DNA of 63,981 bases, counting the filler, from Trypethelium eluteriae (lineage: Eukaryota): assembly GCA_051942245.1 (NCBI GenBank). It is 3 parts of 3 records of this genome, joined end to end, with 100 filler letters (N's around TTAATTAATTAA, not from the genome) between each part and the next. Parts side by side here need not be neighbours in the genome. Positions count along the whole stretch, not along the records: positions 1 to 21,511 come from JAVECL010000470.1; 2 more parts are not named here. One strand, 5' to 3'. The stretch's first letter is position 1, and each line of letters opens with the position of its first letter. Below the pieces are notes generated by a model that saw only the letters and a list, made by a program, of their open reading frames with translations, was not told the DNA's origin and made no database searches. The position numbers and the translations under genes are program-made. This document shows positions 1 to 11,732 of the stretch, piece after piece.

Positions 1-1109
1 GTACGTGGGAGACGGTGATTAAGATTGGGGAGAGGGGGACGTGGAGGGCGTTGGTGTTGGCGGATCGGACGGCGCGGTGGTGTGTGTTTGGAGAATGGGA
101 GTGTTTCTGAGGGTTGGTTTGCGAAGATCTGTTTCTGGTGCGGGAAATGTATAGCCCTCGACGGGAAGAAAGAGCGAGCAAGATGAGGTGTATATTGGGT
201 TCAAGTCGTCGGGTATTTGTGGTCTGCTTTTGTCCAGCAACTGGAGCTGTGGGGTTTCTGGGGCCTTTGGTCAGCATTTGGAGTTATGCTTGCATTGTGG
301 CGGTGTAAAGGGCTTGATGGGATATTGGCGAGATAGACGTCAATTAATCGAACGCGATTGTCTATGCTTTTACCAATTCTGGAGATTCATCTCGCCTCTT
401 TGGAATGTTGCAGTTTGCTATGTCTTTCGTATCAGCAGGCATTACTGGATCTGGAACTGTTCTCAGTCAGTGCGATTGCTGGACAATGCAGCCTGGTTGC
501 CATCTGTTTGAGACCGTTACTATATTCGTTACTCGAATCGTAAGCAAGTACACTGAGCGTACAATCGAGACTCTTACTTTTCTTTCCACGCATCATTCTC
601 AAGCCTGGGAATTTATTGCACAATACGAATGCCCTGCTTTTGGATTGGTTACCTGCTTCTCTCAATAATGATTTTCCATGGTATTGCCCTTGACGAACAT
701 TGCATCAAAGCATACCCAAATCAAAGAAACCAGTTCGTACTATCAGTTTTCGGGCTTTCTCAGAATTCTTCCTGCAGTCTCCAGAATGGATCTTCGACTT
801 TGAATTACATTGTCGGCAGCTCGACCAACTTACTGTGCAATGACCGAAGCATCTATAGATGGAGGGAATATTACCAAGGCGAGTCCTAATACAATAGCGA
901 AAGTGATGTGACATGTCTTTTTGGTCAATTGCATGTATCTGTGGCGTAAGCAATCATCCAATCACAGGCTTTCGTCAACTCCCCGCAAAAGGCCTGGTAA
1001 GATTTCTGAGAGCTGAGGCTTCGTTGACGGAGGATTTTATTTTGCAAGGCCGCTGAAGCAAAGCGCCCAAGACGCAAGAAAATACATAGGAACAGACTCG
1101 GTTCACGAA

Positions 1110-1959
1110 ATGGGTCAACTATTATCGGAATTGGGATTTCCGAGCGAAGTGACTAAAGCCGCCATGAAGAAATTGTTCATCAATCCTTCCATTCGCAGAA
1201 CCACAGTATTCATTCATAAACATGCTGCTGGAGGCTATCGTGACCCAAAACTTGAAGAGCTTCACCGTGAGAACATACTCTTCCTTTACTCAACGATACT
1301 AGACGATTGGCTTCTTCGTAAAATTGGTCTGTTTCGTGGATTCACACAAACAGAAACACATTTACTTAAAGTTGAGAAAGATCTACAGCGTTGGAGTATG
1401 TCGTATACCGAGGCCACGATACATGCCCTCTATGCAGAGACTGACCAACGGAGCAGCTACTGCGGTACAGAATTACGAGTACTTCAAAAAGACAACCAGT
1501 CCCCTGGGAGAAGTATTGGTAATGGGTGATAGCGGCGGGCCCACCTGGAAGAGCACATACGAGTTTGCCATGAGATTAAGAGAAGCTCGATCTCTTCTAG
1601 ACGGGCAGGATCGCATCGCAAGACAGCATGAGATCATCACGGAATGGAGACAGAGTCTCGGAAAATCGCTTTGGGATGAGAAGTTGAGAAACCGCTTGCC
1701 GACCGACGAACTCCATCAATTTGCTCTACGGCTCCTCGTAGCAACACTCGGGGGACTCTCGCTGGTCGTGCCGATGTTGGTGATGAGCATCCATCCCAGC
1801 CAAACGAAGAGCTTGGTCACCACGTCGGCCTTCGTTATATTCTTTGGCATCGGCATGGCGACATTTGTACCGCAGGCGGAATACAAGGACTTGCTTGGCA
1901 GCACTGCAGCTTATGCGGCTGTGCTGGTGGTTTTTGTAGGTGTTGGAGCTGGAACCTAG
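1110..1959 (+). CDS. DUF6594-like fungal membrane protein (C-terminal transmembrane helices)
   Basis: ORFs 1110..1529 and 1324..1959 join in frame through intron 1396-1456 (GTATGT...CTGAC...CAG). The C-terminus LVVPMLVMS...SLVTTSAFVIFFG...LLGSTAAYAAVLVVFVG matches the DUF6594 signature as I recall it. The true start may lie further upstream. Confidence 0.72.
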
Positions 1960-2247
1960 CAGAATCGCTGACCTCGGCGACAAGAATGGCAGCCGATATT
2001 CTGATCGCGTAAAAGGGTATTGCACCAGGATCGGATACGACTGTATCTTAGACATTGATAGGTGTTTCTTGAGCCTCACAAAGGAGTGATAGGACTTCTT
2101 GGTAGCGTTCTGTACATTCATGTTAGATTCCCCATTCAAGTCTTGCCAGGTTTTTTTTCGAAATACCATCTCGAGCCGCGGTAAGGTATGTGAGGGCTCG
2201 GAGAGCGGGCGCATGTTTTGTCTCCAGTCCTGCGAGCAAGATATAAT

Positions 2248-4629
2248 TCAGTCTAACTCGCCCCACAGCTCCTTCAAGTCTTGAGCCCTCCACTTCGCTC
2301 CAAATCCAGTCTCTTGTTCAATCCTTTCGTAAAGTTCCAGAATCGCTCGGTGCTCTGCCGGATGCGACATGACTTGCCCGGCCAGCCACAATGGCTGTAT
2401 GCTGTTAGTCCAACATCCATGATGCGTGTTTGAAATTGAAATGGCACAGATCCGACGGGCATGCCAAAGTATCGATTTAGGTCGGCGGCTACAGCTGACG
2501 CGCTGCGGTCGCCTCTGAAGCATAAGAAGCGCACATGTGTGGTAAAGTTGGTTTCCAGAGACAGCAGGAGCATTGCCGAAGAGAAGGATGGGAAAGGGAT
2601 TGGTGTTGTCACCTTCAGAGGTAGAAACATAGAGAATGGACTTCATTTCTTCCGGCCGGTCGGCGTACCAGTCTTCAATGTATTCAAAGAGCTCAGTCCA
2701 GCGGCGGGAGAAAGAGATCTTATCGTGTATGTCATCAAGGTCGGTCCTTTTCGTAGCCTGATTGACAGGGCAAAGGTTGTTGTAAAGTAAGTCAATTACT
2801 CGGCCACTCAAGTAAACAGCATAATTGGCATAAGTGTCCAACGGCATGACAGTGCGACGAAAAAGGCGTATGTCGGAGGCAAGTGAGGGCTGAGAAGCCC
2901 AGCGGGAAATAGGGATGAGGGTGCCCTCAGAGGAAAGTAACGCACTCCAGCAATCCATGCGAGCGAAAACCCAGAATAGGGCTTGGTTGATTCCACCGAT
3001 GAACCCATTGATTCCAACCGCTCCAAGTAAACTTGCTGCTCCATCTAGATGTCTCCTCCACTCTCTAGGTGAACAGCTCATCATCTCCAGTACGCAGAGG
3101 ACAATACATGAGGCAATCACTGCAGTATGCTTCTGCTGTAGATGCGGAAGTAGGAGATGAATAGCTTCCTGATACAATGCGAGGCTACCAGAAGGAGATC
3201 TCTTGCGGTCCTTTCGCTCGAGCTGACGCGCAGAGAGTGCAAGAATCGAGTAGCGCAGATGCGGATGCGATTTGGCAAGTGCAGGAAGCTTGTGCCCAAA
3301 ATGGCACTGTAAGTCGAACTTGTCGAGCTGCGGCACTCCATGTGAGTAATTTGCGAAGATAACACGGCCTAGATTGGAACATACCCATGGGGCTACTTCG
3401 TCCGCCCAATTTTTCCACAACTCATACTCAACATGCTGCGTGAGGAGTTCAGACCCCTTTGAATCGTACCGTAGCCTATCGCTGCGACCATCTCCTCGTG
3501 AAATCCGTCGCTCATCGCTAGAAGGATCAGAGTCCGGCGTGGGGCGTCTTGTGGTAGCATTCGATGGTACATTCGACTTCGCCGTGCTGAACATACGGTC
3601 TCTCAGTGTTTCATGTAGTTCCAGATAGGCTGACCCTTGTAGAAAGATCCCCTCATCATAAAAGCTGTCCACTGCCTGATAGATCGAAGCTTGCTGTTGA
3701 TTATAAGAAGGGAGAACAGCCATTGGCGCGTCCTTGGTTATAGCTGATGACATAGATGCCTCTGTCATGGACGGAAGCTGATTCATTGACGCATTTTTGC
3801 GTAATGAGAGTAGATGTGCTGCTGCAGACTCGTCATTAAGAAAAGAAATCGATCTCGCTCTACTCATAACGGATTGTTGATGACCAGTGCTAAGGGGACT
3901 AAGGATAGAAGGAAGTACTCGACCCGAATAATAAGATTCAGGCGTTTCTGGCTCAAGTACATCATTCTCAATTCTACCACTATGATGGCTCGATGTTTGC
4001 TCTTCCCCTTTTGGAAGAGTAGAACCATCCTGGACAGGTAATGTAGCAGCTATACTAGAGTTCGTGGGAGATGATTCCGTGCCAGGGATAAGGCCATGAG
4101 CTGTCACATTTGCTTCATAAATTGAGGCTTGAATTGAAGTGGGCCTTGTAAGATCATCTTGATCATCGGAGCTATCTTCATCACTTGGAATCTCTTGCCA
4201 GTAGTCACGCGCAACCTCTGCCGTGATATCCAGTATCTAAGTGGAATCAGCGTTCTGTAGTCCTAAGGTTTGTAAAGATAGTACTTGATATTTCCTTGGC
4301 CTTTTATTGGCGGGTTCCCATTGCATGGAAGGGTGGTCGCTCCCAATGCTCTGCGCATTTTCCGGCCGGAAGGAGACTCGAACTCCCCATTGGCAAGGCT
4401 CGTTCTTTCGCCGGCAATTTGCGCACGATGGCCTTGCTTCATCACCTGTTCTGCCCTTTAGATTGAACGAGGGATCATCGTGTCGTCTCTGACGATCGAT
4501 TCAATGCCTACACTTTCTTCGCCTGCGACGGCAGTTCAGACACCCGGTCCTCGTCCGTACCCTTTTCTCGCCACTCCGAGGAGTACCATAGACTGTCGCA
4601 TCTTGCGGACCACTTGGTTTTCTATCCAT
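2248..4629 (-). CDS. Zn(II)2Cys6 transcription factor with fungal-specific TF (Fungal_trans_2-like) domain
   Basis: From ATG 4629: MDRKPSG...RVRTRTGCLNCRRRRRKC, intron, DEARPSCANCRRKNEPCQW (six-Cys binuclear cluster). The large exon carries LDKFD..HF...LRYSILALSARQ...W.RHLDGA and NSIQPLWLAG. Multi-exon. Confidence 0.9.
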
Positions 4630-5066
4630 GTCTCTGCGAGTCCAAACATCTTGGACAGACAGGTGAACGCTGTAAGACAAGGTTCGCAGGGAAGTACTTT
4701 ATCGTATCGTAGAGTACGGCCCGCTCTCCTCTCCCCGCGCGGCGCCGTTTTCATTTTTCCAGTATTTGGAGCGGCAATCTGTCGTTTTCGCTCCAATCTC
4801 TTGTGGCTGGATTATTAGGTAAGTATATGTAGCCTTGCCAAACCACCTGACTTGTACTTCATTTAAAATCAAGCCTGAAAAGCCTGAGGCTCCTGCGTCT
4901 GAGGCCTGTATGACTGGACGTAAGTAAACAGCATTGCGCCTCCAGGAAGTCTATGATTTATTACTCGACGGCTCGAATGAACCATATTGCATGCTTCATC
5001 AAGACCCCAGAGAGCTATGGAATATATATTATACATCATCAGATACAACCTGCCGATCCATAAAGA

Positions 5067-5558
5067 TCAAAATAACCTCAAGCCGCTAGCCTTATTTCCG
5101 GCGCTCACGAACATGCCCACGCAAAGCCCGATCCCAGAGAAGAACACAAGAGTCCTCATGAGCGCGAGTCCTTGCGTGGTATTGTTCAGATAGACCAGAT
5201 TATATACCAGTCGACTCGCAACATATCCCCAGCTTAGCGTATTCAGCAAACCCGTGTCCACTCCTGCCGTATTTGCCGCGACCACCGCCGTGGCAAAGAA
5301 CCCCAAATTTTCCATGCCATTGGTGTGAGCACTCTCAGCGCGGATGATGGCGTTCTTGGTCGCGCTATCAACGGATTGATCCCCCTCAAGATCCTTAAGC
5401 ATCGTGCGTGGCTTAGAAAGATCAACGGCTTTGGAAGACTTTGAGGAGCGCGACATATAGAGTGCGACGGCGTAAGTATGCGGCAATACAGCAAAAAGCC
5501 AAGCCGCGGGGATAGCGTAATAGGAGAGGTTACGAGAAGGGTCGATAATGGTGGCCAT
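5067..5558 (-). CDS. MAPEG-family membrane protein
   Basis: About 163 aa with hydrophobic segments and the motif RAESAHTNGMENLGFFATAVV...YVASRLVY typical of fungal MAPEG proteins. First ATG is at 5558 (the ORF-track start is a TTG). Confidence 0.85.
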   Translation of the reverse strand: MATIIDPSRNLSYYAIPAAWLFAVLPHTYAVALYMSRSSKSSKAVDLSKPRTMLKDLEGDQSVDSATKNAIIRAESAHTNGMENLGFFATAVVAANTAGVDTGLLNTLSWGYVASRLVYNLVYLNNTTQGLALMRTLVFFSGIGLCVGMFVSAGNKASGLRLF

Positions 5559-6038
5559 GTTCAAGTAGGAGAGCTCGAAAGAGGATAGAGGAGCTATGGA
5601 TGAGAACGAAGAATGGCGGTTTTGCCTTTTGCGCGATTCAATTGAAGAAAAGTATCCTCATGGAGAACAAAGATTGAAGAGTAACGGGCAACAACACTCA
5701 CCAGAAGTATTTAAGAAGCTCGCACCCTCGGAATAGACATGGTATCTTGGAGCGCCTAATGCTCCAAGGGCTAGATAATTACGTCAAGACGTAAAAAGCT
5801 CGTACCACCCTTGACCCTACAGTATGTTCCTACCTAACCTAACGTATACCCCACGTACCCGTGCGTCTATGGCGTCCTTCAAACCAATGAACCAAATCAG
5901 AATTGGCTTTGCGAGACCTTCTTATGATACCTGAAGTCCAATAATCGCGTTCACAAATGTGTGCAGTAAGGAGTAAGTAGTCCCCATACCACAATCGCCC
6001 TACCATGCAGACTTAATGTTCAATTGCACATATTAATT

Positions 6039-7170
6039 CTATAATTTGCTCTTCCCAACTCCCCATAGCTCAGCTTCCGGATTGTTTACGTTTTCGCCAA
6101 CAATCCCGTCCCTCCCAGTCGATTGTTGTCCATCCTGAATGATTAAGCTCGATGCCTTGCTCAATGTCTCAATTGCCTCACTCTCAATCCTCCTTATCAG
6201 CTCCTCACAAGTCGGGATATCATGAATCAGACCAATCACCTGGCCTGCCGTCCAAACTCCAAAATCCTTATCTCCATTCAGGAAGACCTCTCTTCCCCTC
6301 TTGCCACTCACCAACGGTGCCACATCCTCAAACTTCCCACTCGTACTCTCCCTCTCCACCTTCACCGCCTCCTTCGCCACCTTATTGCTAAATAACCTCG
6401 ACGTATTCCTCCATCTCCTTAGCACCAACTCCGTATCCGTCTCCTGCGCTTCTACAATCGCCTCCTTTATCTTAACATGAATCGGCGCCTCCACCGTACA
6501 CATAAACCTCGTCCCCATATTAATCCCCTCCGCGCCCAGACTCAACGCCGCCGCCAACCCCTGCCCATCCGCAAACCCACCACTCGCAATAAACGGCACC
6601 CCGAGCGTCTGCCTTGCCCTCGACAGGAGAATAAAATTCGTGATATCCGACTCGCCCACATGCCCCGCACACTCAAACCCATCAATACTCAAAAAGTCGA
6701 CCCCCAGCTTCACCGCCGACTGCGCATGCCGTATCGTTGTGCACTTGTGCAATATGACACACCCCGCGGCTTTCAGCTGCCTGATGACGGGGCCTGGCGA
6801 GTTGCCTGCGGTTTCGACGATGCGGATGCCCTCGTCGAGGATGGCGCGCGCGTACGCCGGGTAGTCGGGGGGTTGCAGCGCGGGCAGCAGCGTGAGGTTG
6901 ACGGCGAAGGGGGACGAGGTCAGCGTCTTGCATTTGCGGATTTCGGCGCGGAGGGCGTCCGGGCTGGGTTGTGTGAGGGCGGTTAGGATGCCTAGCCCGC
7001 CGGCGTTGGAGACTGCGGACGCGAGCTCGGCGTATCCGACCCATTGCATGCCGCCTTGCACGACGGGGACTGTAGAGGAGGGAGGTTAGAATTGCTGGTG
7101 CTGGAGGGGGGGGAGAGAGGGGTGTACCTTTGATGCCCAGGCGGCGGGTGAGCTCGGTGTTGAAAGGCAT
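6039..7170 (-). CDS. Nitronate monooxygenase / 2-nitropropane dioxygenase-family flavoenzyme with PTS1
   Basis: Exon 1 MPFNTELTRRLGIK, intron about 7127-7072, then VPVVQGGMQWVGYAELASAVSNAGGLG...DGFECAGH...IASGGFADG.GLAAAL.LGAEG.NMGTRF. Ends GKSKL*. Confidence 0.92.
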
Positions 7171-7378
7171 GGTGGTGGTTGGGAGGAGTCGGGTGTTCTG
7201 TGAAGCTACACGGCTCTACTCTGGGGATTAAAAGGAGAAATGAAAGAGAGGAAGTAGAGAGAATGAATATGAACAGGTCGAACGGGTATCTATAGCATGT
7301 GTACGGCCGTAGGAGGAATTCTCGACATCTTCGGATTGTCGTCTTACAAGGCGTGCTAGGTACCCCACGTTCCGTTGG

Positions 7379-7409
7379 CCGAGGGCTCTAAAAGTGGTAC
7401 GGGCCGAGG
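7379..7409. promoter_or_regulatory. Two CCGAGG elements (FarA/FarB/Ctf1-type fatty-acid response motif) upstream of the NMO-like gene
   Basis: CCGAGG at 7379-7384 and 7404-7409, about 210-240 bp upstream of ATG 7170. A short motif, so chance occurrence is possible. Confidence 0.4.
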
Positions 7410-7769
7410 TCGAGGGGCAAGGGTCCATCGTTCAGTAAACAATGCGAAGAATACATGCAGATATACCTAAGCAGTTTATGCCCTGACATATTTTTTGAAC
7501 AGTTTACTGGGGAAGATCCAAACCCGTGGATGATGAAATGTCAGTCAAATCGGTGCTCTACTCAATTGTAATGGCCGTGAAATTTGACACTCCCCGGCGC
7601 TTTGTGAACATGAATTGACAAGAATTTCAGTATTGTTCTGACCAAGCCCTTGTTTTAAGCCTCTCGTGGGCATCCAGACGCTATGCAATAATCCTAGGTC
7701 CTTATTCTCCATACGCCTCTCCCATCCAATTGATTGATGGAGGCGTTTTCTATGGAGCGAAATATCCAC

Positions 7770-9222
7770 CTAATCTCCAGGAGACGGTAGCCCCTTGACA
7801 TTCTCCAACACTGCTTCCACGAATTCCGGCCTCTGTTTATCAAAGTCAAAAACCTTGTTTCCCAATACCTCTCCAAGAGATGCTACTAGCTTCTCCTTCA
7901 CATAATCTTCCCGCTTCTCCTGCGTTGCATGTCCGTTGAGCCCTTCTTTTATCTCCCCAGTATTGCTTTCCAATACCTCCAGTGCCCTCAGAAATGCCGC
8001 AATCACCATGTCCGCCTCAAATTTCTTGCGTTCATCCCCCTCGTTCGCCGCCGGTTTCACTAATCTCGCATCGATCAGAGCACAATTGGGGAGGATGAGC
8101 TGGCGTACGCCCTCCTTGCCCATGGTCTTTGTCAATCCGATGAGCGCGCCATAGATGGTGCCAAGGGGCTTATGCAAATCGAGGAAGTTCCTCAGACATG
8201 TGCGCGCGACGCGAGGCTTCAGCGACACAGTCGAGGTCGAATATTTCTTAATCAGAGAGAGGATAAGCGAACAGGCGAGGTCGCGGAGGGCGAAGACGGA
8301 TTGAGGGGTGTCAGACGAGGTGCCGAGGTGGCGCCCGATGAGGCAGGTCATGCATGTGGGTAAGATGTTTCCAACGTAGGGGTCGAGGTAAAGGCTTGGG
8401 TTGGAGAGGAGCGCGTCGAGGAGGTGGAGAGTCTGGGTGAGGATGAAGAGCGAGTTGCTGTTATGGGTTATTTTTTCGGCGGCAAACTGGATGAGGTAGG
8501 GGACGAGTTGGTGAATGGCAGGATCTGATCGCAAGGAAGCCAGGGCAGCGTAACGGTATTCCTCATTGGAGGCGTCGAGGACGGCGATGCAGATGCGGTC
8601 GAAGTAAAGGTTGAGTTCTTTGGAGATAACGTGTTTGACTAGAGGCTTGACACTGACATTGTCGGCCCCAGACGTCGCGGCAAGATGCGGATTAGCGGAT
8701 GGTCCTCGGGGTAGAAGGGAAGAGGAGTCTGTCGAGGTTGTAGTTGGGTTTTGTGGAATAGAGGGTTGTACGCCTTCAACTGCTAGCCAATGCGCTGATA
8801 CGAATCTGTTAGTCCAGGTCCGAATAAACATTGTTTGAGACATGCCGCTTACCAGTGAGCGAGATTTCCCGTGGAACCTTGGGTAAGGGCGCGTTAATGA
8901 GCTTCTCAAAGTCAACCTCTTCATCTTCCACATAGAAAAGCGGTTGACCGGGCCCCAAGGATGCCTCTCCAAATCTCAGAGGTCTTGTCGCTTCATATCC
9001 ATACAGCGGCTCAACCTCGAGAACTCGTAAAGCTTGTGACACGTCTTGTATGTTAAGAGTTGTTCTTTTTGCGTGTCGCATAAACTTTAGAGCCTCCTCT
9101 AATACCTGTCCTATCCGAAACTCGACATCGCGAGCTAAATTATCGGCGACGTCTTTATGAAGTGAGGCGATTCCCACGGACTCTGCGACATCTCTGATAT
9201 TATCAGGGTTCCAGATCGACAT
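7770..9222 (-). CDS. TAF6: TFIID/SAGA subunit 6
   Basis: Histone-fold N-terminus ([10 protein letters not shown]...[27 protein letters not shown]...VEPLYGY), intron 8852-8795, then [17 protein letters not shown] and [12 protein letters not shown]. Confidence 0.96.
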
Positions 9223-9590
9223 GATTGCTGCCCTGGTTTATGCCGGTCGAAGAAGCTCGGTTGAAAGGATCATCGGGGGGTGCCCTGTGGAACGTAGTAC
9301 CTCATTCTCAAGGTGTGTACAGTTAGATTCGGTGCGACCAAATTTGCGTGACTTGGCGAAGGAGGTCCACAAGCTGTTTGAGGTGGTTCGGCGAGGCTGG
9401 TGACGTGAGAGGGCAATCAGACTAGGGCCATCGGCTGAACTAGACGCGCGTTTAATTTTCTTGGCTGCAACAGCCGCCTTGCATAGGTACATCAGACCGG
9501 GGAGAAGGAATATGTACTCCGTATTGGTCTCTTCAACATCTCGTCCTAGGGGTCGAGGGTTCTTTTGCAGAACTCATGTTCTACCATTTC

Positions 9591-9608
9591 GTACGGAGTA
9601 CTCCGTAC
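9591..9608. repeat. Perfect 18-bp palindrome GTACGGAGTACTCCGTAC within a TACTCCGTA motif cluster
   Basis: Read directly. Further TACTCCGTA copies at 9515-9523 and 10092-10100, and TGCTCCGTA at 10162-10170. Confidence 0.85.
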
Positions 9609-10528
9609 ACGGTGGAGAGCTAGCAGCGGGACCCTAAGGTGCTAAGGTTCATGAGAAGGCCAGGCGCTACAATCCCGGGCCCAGCAAAGTGTTCTGGATC
9701 AACGCCAAGTGCTCAAGAATTCGAGGTTGGCTGTTTGGCTTGGACGGAATACCGATAACCGAGTCCACGATAGCTAGTCTGCGTTTTCTTGACGTGGTGC
9801 ATTGCTACCCTACTCTATCTTATCTCTCATCTTCACGCCCGTCCCATGGTACTTGCAACAGGCTGCAACTCACCGACTTTTTCGGAGTTGCCCAACGCGA
9901 TGGCGTGCTGGCTGATCTGGGCAAGTATCGGCCCCTCATCGCATTTATCCATGGCCACGCTACTGCTAAACTTCTCCTTCTGTTCATAGGATCCTCCGTA
10001 GACCGGGGTTGGCTTCGCTTTCGTAACGTCTCAACCGCGGCCTTGTGCAGCTATCGTAAATAACGTCGAACAGCCGCCGCGTCCCTGCAGATACTCCGTA
10101 CTACTCGGTGGGATGCATTGATTTTTGTACTAAAAATCTCGCCCATTCTGGTCCGGGGAAGTGCTCCGTACGACACTGCACTGCGCTTTCCCTCCGCCCT
10201 CGCATTTACCTGACTCCTTCCATGGTTCTATTGGACAGCGACCATCGCGCCTCCCGCTCATCCCGTTGCGGACCGGTCGGCCCACATCTCTCTGTGTATC
10301 CTTTCACGCCATCGTTGTTTGCTAGAATCATTGAGTGAGTAGGCTAACGCCACCGATATTTCATACTCGGCTCCCAAGCTCGCTCGCTTTCTTCCAAGCT
10401 GCAGTCCACACCTCTACATTTACTGCTGCTTTTTACCAAGAGAACACAAAAATCTTCGACCTTGCAAGGCCTGGTGCTCTCCTCGACCATCCCACACAGG
10501 CGCTCCGAATCCTCAAGGACTCCCCACC

Positions 10529-10830
10529 ATGGTCTTCACCGCCGACTCGCTGCTCCCTTCGTACTGCGAAGCAAAGTTGAGAGAGAAGTACAAATCTTCC
10601 CGACCGTCTCTCTTCCGCTCGACTTCTTCGAACGAGTCTGTCTCCAAGGATGCCTCACGAGGTGACCCTCCCTCGCCACCGCCGCAGCCTCCACCGAGCC
10701 CGTCGAACAGAAAGAGCAGACAAGCAAAAATCTCTGCAGCTGAGAAGGATTACGTGCGTTCCATACCAACAGTCTCACGCAAAGTTTTTCAACTGATTTG
10801 TTGCAGTATGGTGTACCTGGATGGTATTAA
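10529..10830 (+). CDS. Small spliced hypothetical protein (82 aa)
   Basis: ATG in good context (CACCATGG). A 75-codon exon, intron 10754-10806 (GTGCGT...CTGAT...CAG), then a terminal exon YGVPGWY*. Confidence 0.6.
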
Positions 10831-11732
10831 AATCCTTCACTCGTATTAGAAGCTGGATGACACTGTGTCTTACGACCTTCGTGTGCGCATCAAGAAAAAT
10901 GGACCACTCGAAACGCTTCGCTTGTGACGTCTCCACTGCCAGCTGACGTACGAACCGTCTGGTTGAACTCGGAGGTTCCGTGGCAGTACCCTGGCACATG
11001 AGCCGGTAACCTTCAAAAGCTGTGCCTGCAATTGTCTTCTTGGACCAACTATGGCTAGAGTCGAATAGACACAGATTTACGATTTTCACGACAGGTCACT
11101 TCTCTCGGATACAGAAAAGTTTTCGAGTTTTCTCTGCATGGAATAGACATTGGTAGAATTACGGATTTACATACACCAAAGGGGAAAGCATTGGGTATCC
11201 GATTAGCAGGGCGTATGGAAAAAGCTTTACCGAAAGCGCACACTGGTTGGAGTCGCAGTTCATCAGGCGTTATCACCCTCTCCTCTGTTTTGCATTGTAT
11301 CCTGGTTTTACTTGTTCGTTTTAACAAAGCAATTGATAGTCCGTTTTCGTCTCCTCTGACCGAGGAATGCTGTGCAACAGCCGTGTTCATCAAGCAAGCT
11401 CTAGCTTCTTCTACGCCCCACTTTCATTCTTTCTGACATCGCACGACAAAATAGGAAGGCGTCGAACGCTTCCGACATCTCAGTCATACATCCTTATACC
11501 TCATCATTTAATAGAGTTGTCACGTGCTCGGTGTTGTCGCCGAAGCTTCTGCTACGAATATCCGCATTCGGCTTCGCTGCTCTTTGTTTCTGAATCGCAG
11601 CAACATGGCATTCGAAATTAAAGCACAGGAAGTGGTCGTTATGGTTTCTCTGTGTGGGTTTCAATCTTTTTTGAAGGCTTGCTCTCTCCACCTCTCCCAA
11701 TCAATCTCAGGGGCGGAGCGATTGTCCACAAA

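Noticed and set aside
19..240. P/T-rich minus-strand ORF at the window start
   Set aside because: Composition is explained by the skew tract, and I could not link it in frame to an upstream exon.
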